Source: Raillietiella orientalis
Taxonomy: Eukaryota
Direction of reading: 5' to 3'
Assembly: GCA_036172245.1 (NCBI GenBank)
Contig: JAYWIR010000181.1
Coordinates: forward strand, 1-39,643
DNA: 39,643 bases
Both the position numbers and the translations under genes were made by a program. Below are positions 1 to 12,000 of this stretch, one piece after another. Below the pieces are notes generated by a model, which worked only from the letters and a program-made list of their open reading frames with translations, had not been told where the DNA came from and did no database searches. Each line of letters starts with the position of its first letter. Position 1 is the stretch's first letter.

Positions 1-3000
1 ATTTGCAGTGAGTGGCAAATTCCCTTCATGGAGAGCCGCAAAGCCTCCCAATTTCCTAGTTTCAGAGGATCATTAAGAAGAGTTCGACATTTCATTTGGG
101 CGTGGCACTTTGCATTCTGTGTTGTTTTGATGGTAACCAGTGACGGAATTAGAAAGGCAATCGTCTCATTCGCTCTGATTTATTATTTGGTCGAAATTTG
201 CAACAATTGAGGTTTTGTAATCAACTCGAAATCAGAAGATTTCACCAATGCACTTTTGCGCCTCTTCACGAACCTTTAATTTGCAGTGAGGGGCAAATTC
301 CCTTCATGGAGAGCCGCAAAGCCTCCCAATTTCCTGGTTTCAGAGAATCATTAAGAAGAGTTCGACATTTCATTAGGGCGTGGCACTTTGGATTCTGTGT
401 TGTTTTCATGGTAACCAGTGTCGGAATTAGAAAGGCAATCTTTTCATTCGCTCTGATTCATTATTTGGTCCAAATTTGCAACTATTGAGGTTTTGTAATC
501 AACTCGTAATCAGAAGATTTCACCATTGCACTTTTGCGCCTCTTCACGAACCTTTCATTTGCAGTGAGTGGCAAACTCCCTTCATGGAGAGCCGCAAAGC
601 CTCCCAATTTCCTGGTTTCAGAGGATCATTGAGAATCGTTCGACATTTCATTAGGGCGTGGCACTTTTGATTCTGTGTTGTTTTCATGGTAACCAGTGTC
701 GGAATTAGAAAGGCAATCTTCTCATTCGCTCTGATTCATTATTTGGTCCAAATTTGCAACTCTTGAGGTTTTGTAATCAACTCGGAATCAGAAGATTTCA
801 CCATTGCACTTTTGCGCCTCTTCACGAACCATCCATTTACGGTGAGTGGCAAACTCCCTTCATTGAGAGCCGCAGAGCCTCCCAATTTCCTGGTTTCAGA
901 GGATCATTAAGAAGAGTTCGACATTTCATTTGGGCGTGGCACTTTGCATTCTGTGTTGTTTTGATGGTAACCAGTGACGGAATTAGAAAGGGAATCGTCT
1001 CATTCGCTCTGATTTATTATTTGGTCGAAATTTGCAACTATTGAGGTTTTGTAATCAACTCGAAATCAGAAGATTTCACCATTGCACTTTTGCGCCTCTT
1101 CACGAACCATCCATTTGCAGTGGTGTTCCTTTCATGGAGAGCCGCAAAGCCTCCCAATTTCCTGGTTTCAGAGGTTCATTAAGAAGAGTTCGACATTTCT
1201 TTAGGGCGTGGCACTTTGCATTCTGTGTTGTTTTCATGGTAACCAGTGTCGGAATTAGAAAGGCAATCTTCTCATTCGCTCTGATTCATTATTTGGTCCA
1301 AATTTGCAACTATTGAGGTTTTGTAATCAACTCGAAATCAGAAGATTTCACCATTGCACTTTTGCGCCTCTTCACGAACCTTCCATTTGCAGTGAGTGCG
1401 AAATTCACGTCATGGAGAGCCGCAAAGCCTCCCAATTTCCTGGTTTCAGAGGTTCATTAAGAAGAGTTCGACATTTCTTTAGGGCGTGGCACTTTGCATT
1501 CTGTGTTGTTTTCATGGTAACCAGTGTCGGAATTAGAAAGGCAATCTTCTCATTCGCTCTGATTCATTATTTGGTCCAAATTTGCAACTATTGAGGTTTT
1601 GTAATCAACTCGGAATCAGAAGATTTCACCATTGCACTTTTGCGCCTCTTCACGAACCATCCATTTACGGTGAGTGGCAAACTCCCTTCATGGAGAGCCG
1701 CAGAGCCTCCCAATTTCCTGGTTTCAGAGGATCATTAAGAAGAGTTCGACATTTCATTAGGGCGTGGCACTTTGTATTGTGTGTTGTTTTCATGGTAACC
1801 AGTGTCGGATTTAGAAAGGCAATCTGCTCCTTCGCTCTGATTCATTATTTACTTGTAATTTGCAACTATTGAGGTTTTGTAATCAACTCGAAATCAGAAG
1901 ATTTCACCATTGCACTTTTGCGCCTCTTCACGAACCTTTCATTTGCAGTGAGTGGCAAATTCCTTTCATGGAGATCCGCAAAGCCTCCCAATTTCGTGGT
2001 TTCAGAGCATCATTGAGAAGAGTTCGACATTTCATTATGGCGTGGCACTTTGCATTCTGTGTTGTTTTGATGGTAACCAGTGTCGGAATTAGAAAGGCAA
2101 TCATCTCATTCGCTCTGATTGATTATTTGGTCCAAATTTGCAACTATTGAGGTTTTGTAATCAACTCGAAATCAGAAGATTTCACCATTGCCCTTGTGCG
2201 CTTCTTCACGAACCATCCATTTACAGTGAGTGGCAAACTCCCTTCATGGAGAGCCGCAGAGCCTCCCAATTTCCTGGTTTCAGAGGATCATTAAGAAGAG
2301 TTCGACATTTCATTAGGGCGTGGCACTTTTGATTCTGTGTTGTTTTCATGGTAACCAGTGTCGGAATTAGAAAGGCAATCTGCTCCTTCGCTCTGATTCA
2401 TTATTTACTTGTAATTTGCAACTATTGAGGTTTTGTAATCAACTCCAAATCAGAAGATTTCCCCATTACAGTTTTGCGCCTCTTCACGAACCATCCATTT
2501 GCAGTGAGTGGCAAATTCCTTTCATGGAGAGCCGCAAAGCCTCCCAATTTCCTGGTTACAGAGGTTCATTAAGAAGAGTTCGACATTTCTTTAGGGCGTG
2601 GCACTTTGCATTCTGTGTTGTTTTCATGGTAACCAGTGTCGGAATTAGAAAGGCAATCTTCTCATTCGCTCTGATTCATTATTTGGTCCAAATTTGCAAC
2701 TATTGAGGCTTTGTAATCAACTCGAAATCAGAAGATTTCACCATTGCACTTTTGCGCCTCTTCACGAACCATCCATTTGCAGTGAGTGGCAAATTCCCTT
2801 CATGGAGAGCCGCAAAGCCTCCCAATTTCCTAGTTTCAGAGGATCATTAAGAAGAGTTCGACATTTCATTAGGGCGTGGCACTTTGCATTCTGTGTTGTT
2901 TTGATGGTAACCAGTGTCGGAATTAGAAAGGCAATCGTCTCATTCGCTCTGATTTATTATTTGGTCGAAATTTGCAACTATTGAGGTTTTGTAATCAACT

Positions 3001-6000
3001 CGAAATCAGAAGATTTCACCATTGCACTTTTGCGCCTCTTCACGAACCTTTCATTTGCAGTGAGTGGCAAACTCCCTTCATGGAGAGCCGCAAAGCCTCC
3101 CAATTTCCTGGTTTCAGAGGATCATTGAGAAGAGTTCGACATTTCATTAGGGCGTGGCACTTTGGATTCTGTGTTGTTTTCATGGTAACCAGTGTCGGAA
3201 TTAGAAAGGCAATCTTCTCATTCGCTCTGATTCATTATTTGGTCCAAATTTGCAACTATTGAGGTTTTGTAATCAACTCGAAATCAGAAGATTTCACCAT
3301 TGCACTTTTGCGCCTCTTCACGAACCTTTCATTTGCAGTGAGTGGCAAATTCCCTTCATGGAGAGCCGCAAAGCCTCCCAATTTCCTAGTTTCAGAGAAT
3401 CATTAAGAAGAGTTCGACATTTCATTAGGGCGTGGCACTTTGCATTCTGTGTTGTTTTGATGGTAACCAGTGTCGGAATTAGAAAGGCAATCTTCTCATT
3501 CGCTCTGATTCATTATTTGGTCCAAATTTGCAACTATTGAGGTTTTGTAATCAACTCGAAATCAGAAGATTTCACCATTGCACTTTTGCGCCTCTTCACG
3601 AACCTTTCATTTGCAGTGAGTGGCAAACTCCCTTCATGGAGAGCCGCAAAGCCTCCCAATTTCCTGGTTTCAGAGGATCATTGAGAATAGTTCGACATTT
3701 CATTAGGGCGTGGCACTTTTGATTCTGTGTTGTTTTCATGGTAACCAGTGTCGCAATTAGAAAGGCAATCTTCTCATTCGCTCTGATTTATTATTTGGTC
3801 CAAATTTGCAACTATTGAGGTTTTGTAATCAACTCGAAATCAGAAGATTTCACCATTGCACTTTTGCGCCTCTTCACGAACCTTTCATTTGCAGTGAGTG
3901 GCAAATTCCCTTCATGGAGAGCCGCAAAGCCTCCCAATTTCCTACTTTCAGAGGATCATTAAGAAGAGTTCGACATTTCATTTGGGCGTGGCACTTTGCA
4001 TTCTGTGTTGTTTTGATGGTAACCAGTGACGGAATTAGAAAGGGAATCGTCTCATTCGCTCTGATTTATTATTTGGTCGAAATTTGCAACTATTGAGGTT
4101 TTGTAATCAACTCGAAATCAGAAGATTTCACCATTGCACTTTTGCGCCTCTTCACGAACCATCCATTTGCAGTGGGTGGCAAATTCCTTTCATGGAGAGC
4201 CGCAAAGCCTCCCAATTTCCTGGTTTCAGAGGTTCATTAAGAAGAGTTCGACATTTCTTTAGGGCGTGGCACTTTGCATTCTGTGTTGTTTTCATGGTAA
4301 CCAGTGTCGGAATTAGAAAGGCAATCTTCTCATTCGCTCTGATTCATTGTTTGGTCCAAATTTGCAACTATTGAGGTTTTGTAATCAACTCGAAATCAGA
4401 AGATTTCACCATTGCACTTTTGCGCCTCTTCACGAACCTTCCATTTGCAGTGAGTGCGAAATTCACGTCATGGAGAGCCGCAAAGCCTCCCAATTTCCTG
4501 GTTTCAGAGGTTCATTAAGAAGAGTTCGACATTTCTTTAGGGCGTGGCACTTTGCATTCTGTGTTGTTTTCATGGTAACCAGTGTCGGAATTAGAAAGGC
4601 AATCTTCTCCTTCGCTCTGATACATTATTTGGTCCAAATTTGCAACTATTGAGGTTTTGTAATCAACTCGAAATCAGAAGATTTCACCATTGCACTTTTG
4701 CGCCTCTTCACGAACCATCCATTTGCAGTGAGTGGCAAATTCCCTTCATGGAGAGCCGCAAAGCCTCCCAATTTCCTACTTTCAGAGGATCATTAAGAAG
4801 AGTTCGACATTTCATTTGGGCGTGGCACTTTGCATTCTGTGTTGTTTTGATGGTAACCAGTGACGGAATTAGAAAGGCAATCGTCTCATTCGCTCTGATT
4901 TATTATTTGGTCGAAATTTGCAACAATTGAGGTTTTGTAATCAACTCGAAATCAGAAGATTTCACCAATGCACTTTTGCGCCTCTTCACGAACCTTTAAT
5001 TTGCAGTGAGTGGCAAATTCCCTTCATGGAGAGCCGCAAAGCCTCCCAATTTCCTGGTTTCAGAGAATCATTAAGAAGAGTTCGACATTTCATTAGGGCG
5101 TGGCACTTTGGATTCTGTGTTGTTTTCATGGTAACCAGTGTCGGAATTAGAAAGGCAATCTTTTCATTCGCTCTGATTCATTATTTGGTCCAAATTTGCA
5201 ACAATTGAGGTTTTGTAATCAACTCGAAATCAGAAGATTTCACCAATGCACTTTTGCGCCTCTTCACGAACCTTTAATTTGCAGTGAGTGGCAAATTCCC
5301 TTCATGGAGAGCCGCAAAGCCTCCCAATTTCCTGGTTTCAGAGAATCATTAAGAAGAGTTCGACATTTCATTAGGGCGTGGCACTTTGGATTCTGTGTTG
5401 TTTTCATGGTAACCAGTGTCGGAATTAGAAAGGCAATCTTTTCATTCGCTCTGATTCATTATTTGGTCCAAATTTGCAACTATTGAGGTTTTGTAATCAA
5501 CTCGAAATCAGAAGATTTCACCATTGCACTTTTGCGCCTCTTCACGAACCTTTCATTTGCAGTGAGTGGCAAACTCCCTTCATGGAGAGCCGCAAAGCCT
5601 CCCAATTTCCTGGTTTCAGAGGATCATTGAGAATCGTTCGACATTTCATTAGGGCGTGGCACTTTTGATTCTGTGTTGTTTTCATGGTAACCAGTGTCGC
5701 AATTAGAAAGGCAATCGTCTCATTCGCTCTGATTTATTATTTGGTCGAAATTTGCAACTATTGAGGTTTTGTAATCAACTCGGAATCAGAAGATTTCACC
5801 ATTGCACTTTTGCGCCTCTTCACGAACCTTTCATTTGCAGTGAGTGGCAAATTCCCTTCATGGAGAGCCGCAAAGCCTCCCAATTTCCTGGTTTCAGAGG
5901 TTCATTAAGAAGAGTTCGACATTTCTTTAGGGCGTGGCACTTTGCATTCTGTGTTGTTTTCATGGTAACCAGTGTCGGAATTAGAAAGGCAATCTTCTCA

Positions 6001-9000
6001 TTCGCTCTGATTCATTATTTGGTCCAAATTTGCAACTATTGAGGTTTTGTAATCAACTCGGAATCAGAAGATTTCACCATTGCACTTTTGCGCCTCTTCA
6101 CGAACCATCCATTTACGGTGAGTGGCAAACTCCCTTCATGGAGAGCCGCAGAGCCTCCCAATTTCCCGGTTTCAGAGGATCATTAAGAAGAGTTCGACAT
6201 TTCATTAGGGCGTGGCACTTTGTATTGTGTGTTGTTTTCATGGTAACCAGTGTCGGATTTAGAAAGGCAATCTGCTCCTTCGCTCTGATTCATTATTTAC
6301 TTGTAATTTGCAACTATTGAGGTTTTGTAATCAACTCGAAATCAGAAGATTTCACCATTGCACTTTTGCGCCTCTTCACGAACCTTTCATTTGCAGTGAG
6401 TGGCAAATTCCTTTCATGGAGATCCGCAAAGCCTCCCAATTTCGTGGTTTCAGAGCATCATTGAGAAGAGTTCGACATTTCATTATGGCGTGGCACTTTG
6501 CATTCTGTGTTGTTTTGATGGTAACCAGTGTCGGAATTAGAAAGGCAATCGTCTCATTCGCTCTGATTGATTATTTGGTCCAAATTTGCAACTATTGAGG
6601 TTTTGTAATCAACTCGAAATCAGAAGATTTCACCATTGCCCTTTTGCGCTTCTTCACGAACCATCCATTTACAGTGAGTGGCAAACTCCCTTCATGGAGA
6701 GCCGCAGAGCCTCCCAATTTCCTGGTTTCAGAGGATCATTAAGAAGAGTTCGACATTTCATTAGGGCGTGGCACTTTGGATTCTGTGTTGTTTTCATGGT
6801 AACCAGTGTCGGAATTAGAAAGGCAATCTTCTCCTTCGCTCTGATTCATTATTTGGTCCAAATTTGCAACTATTGAGGTTTTGTAATCAATTCGAAATCA
6901 GAAGATTTCACCATTGCACTTTTGCGCCTCTTCACGAACCATCCATTTGCAGTGAGTGGCAAATTCCTTTCATGGAGAGCCGCAAAGCCTCCCAATTTCC
7001 TGGTTTCAGAGGTTCATTAAGAAGAGTTCGACATTTCTTTAGGGCGTGGCACTTTGCATTCTGTGTTGTTTTCATGGTAACCAGTGTCGGAATTAGAAAG
7101 GCAATCTTCTCATTCGCTCTGATTCATTATTTGGTCCAAATTGGCAACTATTGAGGTTTTGTAATCAACTCGAAATCAGAAGATTTCACCATTGCACTTT
7201 TGCGCCTCTTCACGAACCTTTCAATTGCAGTGAGTGGCAAAATTATTTCAAGGAGAGCCGCAAAGCCTCCCAATTTCCTGGTTTCAGAGGATCATTAAGA
7301 AGAGTTCGACATTTCTTTAGGGCGTGGCACTTTGCATTCTGTGTTGTTTTCATGGTAACCAGTGTCGGAATTAAAAATGCAATCTTCTCATTCGCTCTGA
7401 TTGATTATTTGGTCCAAATTTGCAACTATTGAGGTTTTGTAATCAACTCGAAATCAGAAGATTTCACCATTGCCCTTTTGCGCTTCTTCACGAACCATCC
7501 ATTTACAGTGAGTGGCAAACTCCCTTCATGGAGAGCCGCTGAGCCTCCCAATTTCCTGGTTTCAGAGGATCATTAAGAAGAGTTCGACATTTCATTAGGG
7601 CGTGGCACTTTGCATTCTGTGTTGTTTTGATGGTAACCAGTGTCGGAATTAGAAAGGCAATCTTCTCATTCGCTCTGATTCATTATTTGGTCCAAATTTG
7701 CAACTATTGAGGTTTTGTAATCAACTCGAAATCAGAAGATTTCACCATTGCACTTTTGCGCCTCTTCACGAACCTTCCATTTGCAGTGAGTGCGAAATTC
7801 ACGTCATGGAGAGCAGCAGAGCCTTCCAATGTCCTCGTTTCAAAGGATCGTTAAGAAGATTCCGACTTTTCATTAGGGCGTGGCACTTTGCATTCTCTGT
7901 TGTTTTCAAAGTAACCAGGGTCGGAATTTAAAGAGCAATTTTCTCCTTCGCTCTGATTCATTATTTGGTCCAAATTTGCAACTATTGAGGTTTTGTAATC
8001 AACTCGAAATCAGAAGATTTCACAATTGCACTTTTGCGCCTCTTCACGACCCTTCCATTTGCAGTGAGTGCGAAATTCACGTCATGGAGAGCACCAGAGC
8101 CTTCCAATGTCCTGGTTTCAGAGGATCGTTAAGAGTCCGACTTTTCATTAGGGCGAAACACTTTGCATTCTGTGTTGTTTTCAAAGTAACCAGGGTCGGA
8201 ATTTAAAGAGCAATCTTCTCCTTCGCTTTGATACATTATTTGGTCCAAATTTGCAACTATTGAGGTTTTGTAATCAACTCGAAATCAGAAGATTTCACCA
8301 TTGCACTTTTGCGCCTCTTCACGAACCATCCATTTGCAGTGAGTGGCAAATTCCCTTCATGGAGAGCCGCAAAGCCTCCCAATTTCCTACTTTCAGAGGA
8401 TCATTAAGAAGAGTTCGACATTTCATTTGGGCGTGGCACTTTGCATTCTGTGTTGTTTTGATGGTAACCAGTGACGGAATTAGAAAGGCAATCGTCTCAT
8501 TCGCTCTGATTTATTATTTGGTCGAAATTTGCAACAATTGAGGTTTTGTAATCAACTCGAAATCAGAAGATTTCACCAATGCACTTTTGCGCCTCTTCAC
8601 GAACCTTTGATTTGCAGTGAGTGGCAAATTCCCTTCATGGAGAGCCGAAAAGCCTCCCAATTTCCTGGTTTCAGAGAATCATTAAGAAGAGTTCGACATT
8701 TCATTAGGGCGTGGCACTTTGGATTCTGTGTTGTTTTCATGGTAACCAGTGTCGGAATTAGAAAGGCAATCTTTTCATTCGCTCTGATTCATTATTTGGT
8801 CCAAATTTGCAACAATTGAGGTTTTGTAATCAACTCGAAATCAGAAGATTTCACCAATGCACTTTTGCGCCTCTTCACGAACCTTTAATTTGCAGTGAGT
8901 GGCAAATTCCCTTCATGGAGAGCCGCAAAGCCTCCCAATTTCCTGGTTTCAGAGAATCATTAAGAAGAGTTCGACATTTCATTAGGGCGTGGCACTTTGG

Positions 9001-12000
9001 ATTCTGTGTTGTTTTCATGGTAACCAGTGTCGGAATTAGAAAGGCAATCTTTTCATTCGCTCTGATTCATTATTTGGTCCAAATTTGCAACTATTGAGGT
9101 TTTGTAATCAACTCGAAATCAGAAGATTTCACCATTGCACTTTTGCGCCTCTTCACGAACCTTTCATTTGCAGTGAGTGGCAAACTCCCTTCATGGAGAG
9201 CCGCAAAGCCTCCCAATTTCCTGGTTTCAGAGGATCATTGAGAATCGTTCGACATTTCATTAGGGCGTGGCACTTTTGATTCTGTGTTGTTTTCATGGTA
9301 ACCAGTGTCGCAATTAGAAAGGCAATCGTCTCATTCGCTCTGATTTATTATTTGGTCCAAATTTGCAACTATTGAGGTTTTGTAATCAACTCGGAATCAG
9401 AAGATTTCACCATTGCACTTTTCCGCCTCTTCACGAACCATCCATTTACGGTGAGTGGCAAACTCCCTTCATGGAGAGCCGCAGAGCCTCCCAATTTCCT
9501 GGTTTCAGAGGATCATTAAGAAGAGTTCGACATTTCATTAGGGCGTGGCACTTTGTATTGTGTGTTGTTTTCATGGTAACCAGTGTCGGATTTAGAAAGG
9601 CAATCTGCTCCTTCGCTCTGATTCATTATTTACTTGTAATTTGCAACTATTGAGGTTTTGTAATCAACTCGAAATCAGAAGATTTCACCATTGCACTTTT
9701 GCGCCTCTTCACGAACCTTTCATTTGCAGTGAGTGGCAAATTCCTTTCATGGAGATCCGCAAAGCCTCCCAATTTCGTGGTTTCAGAGCATCATTGAGAA
9801 GAGTTCGACAATTCATTATGGCGTGGCACTTTGCATTCTGTGTTGTTTTGATGGTAACCAGTGTCGGAATTAGAAAGGCAATCGTCTCATTCGCTCTGAT
9901 TGATTATTTGGTCCAAATTTGCAACTATTGAGGTTTTGTAATCAACTCGAAATAAGAAGATTTCACCATTGCCCTTGTGCGCTTCTTCACGAACCATCCA
10001 TTTACAGTGACTGGCAAACTCCCTTCATGGAGAGCCGCAGAGCCTCCCAATTTCCTGGTTTCAGAGGATCATTAAGAAGAGTTCGACATTTCATTAAGGC
10101 GTGGCACTTTTGATTCTGTGTTGTTTTCATGGTAACCAGTGTCGGAATTAGAAAGGCAATCTGCTCCTTCGCTCTGATTCATTATTTACTTGTAATTTGC
10201 AACTATTGAGGTTTTGTAATCAACTCCAAATCAGAAGATTTCCCCATTACAGTTTTGCGCCTCTTCACGAACCATCCATTTGCAGTGAGTGGCAAATTCC
10301 TTTCATGGAGAGCCGCAAAGCCTCCCAATTTCCTGGTTACAGAGGTTCATTAAGAAGAGTTCGACATTTCTTTAGGGCGTGGCACTTTGCATTCTGTGTT
10401 GTTTTCATGGTAACCAGTGTCGGAATTAGAAAGGCAATCTTCTCATTCGCTCTGATTCATTATTTGGTCCAAATTGGCAACTATTGAGGTTTTGTAATCA
10501 ACTCGAAATCAGAAGATTTCACCATTGCACTTTTGCGCCTCTTCACGAACCTTTCAATTGCAGTGAGTGGCAAAATTATTTCAAGGAGAGCCGCAAAGCC
10601 TCCCAATTTCCTGGTTTCAGAGGATCATTAAGAAGAGTTCGACATTTCTTTAGGGGGTGGCACTTTGCATTCTGTGTTGTTTTCATGGTAACCAGTGTCG
10701 GAATTAAAAAGGCAATCTTCTCATTCGCTCTGATTCATTATTTGGTCCAAATTTGCAACTATTGAGGTTTTGTAATCAACTCGAAATCAGAAGATTTCAC
10801 CATTGCACTTTTGCGCCTCTTCACGAACCTTTCATTTGCAGTGAGTGGCAAACTCCCTTCATGGAGAGCCGCAAAGCCTCCCAATTTCCTAGTTTCAGAG
10901 GATCATTAAGATGAGTTCGACATTTCATTTGGGCGTGGCACTTTGCATTCTGTGTTGTTTTGATGGTAACCAGTGACGGAATTAGAAAGGGAATCGTCTC
11001 ATTCGCTCTGATTTATTATTTGGTCGAAATTTGCAACTATTGAGGTTTTGTAATCAACTCGAAATCAGAAGATTTCACCATTGCACTTTTGCGCCTCTTC
11101 ACGAACCATCCATTTGCAGTGGGTGGCAAATTCCTTTCATGGAGAGCCGCAAAGCCTCCCAATTTCCTGGTTTCAGAGGTTCATTAAGAAGAGTTCGACA
11201 TTTCTTTAGGGCGTGGCACTTTGCATTCTGTGTTGTTTTCATGGTAACCAGTGTCGGAATTAGAAAGGCAATCTTCTCATTCGCTCTGATTCATTGTTTG
11301 GTCCAAATTTGCAACTATTGAGGTTTTGTAATCAACTCGAAATCAGAAGATTTCACCATTGCACTTTTGCGCCTCTTCACGAACCTTCCATTTGCAGTGA
11401 GTGCGAAATTCACGTCATGGAGAGCCGCAAAGCCTCCCAATTTCCTGGTTTCAGAGGTTCATTAAGAAGAGTTCGACATTTCTTTAGGGCGTGGCACTTT
11501 GCATTCTGTGTTGTTTTCATGGTAACCAGTGTCGGAATTAGAAAGGCAATCTTCTCATTCGCTCTGATTCATTATTTGGTCCAAATTTGCAACTATTGAG
11601 GTTTTGTAATCAACTCGGAATCAGAAGATTTCACCATTGCACTTTTGCGCCTCTTCACGAACCATCCATTTACGGTGAGTGGCAAACTCCCTTCATGGAG
11701 AGCCGCAGAGCCTCTCAATTTCCTGGTTTCAGAGGATCATTAAGAAGAGTTCGACATTTCATTAGGGCGTGGCACTTTGTATTGTGTGTTGTTTTCATGG
11801 TAACCAGTGTCGGATTTAGAAAGGCAATCTGCTCCTTCGCTCTGATTCATTATTTACTTGTAATTTGCAACTATTGAGGTTTTGTAATCAACTCGAAATC
11901 AGAAGATTTCACCATTGCACTTTTGCGCCTCTTCACGAACCTTTCATTTGCAGTGAGTGGCAAACTCCTTTAATGGAGAGCCGCAAAGCCTCCCAATTTG

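Noticed and set aside
3060..3145. Pol III A/B boxes (TGGCAAATT ... GTTCGACAT) implying a tRNA/SINE origin
   Set aside because: Both boxes mismatch the consensus, the spacing is long, and no cloverleaf is evident.
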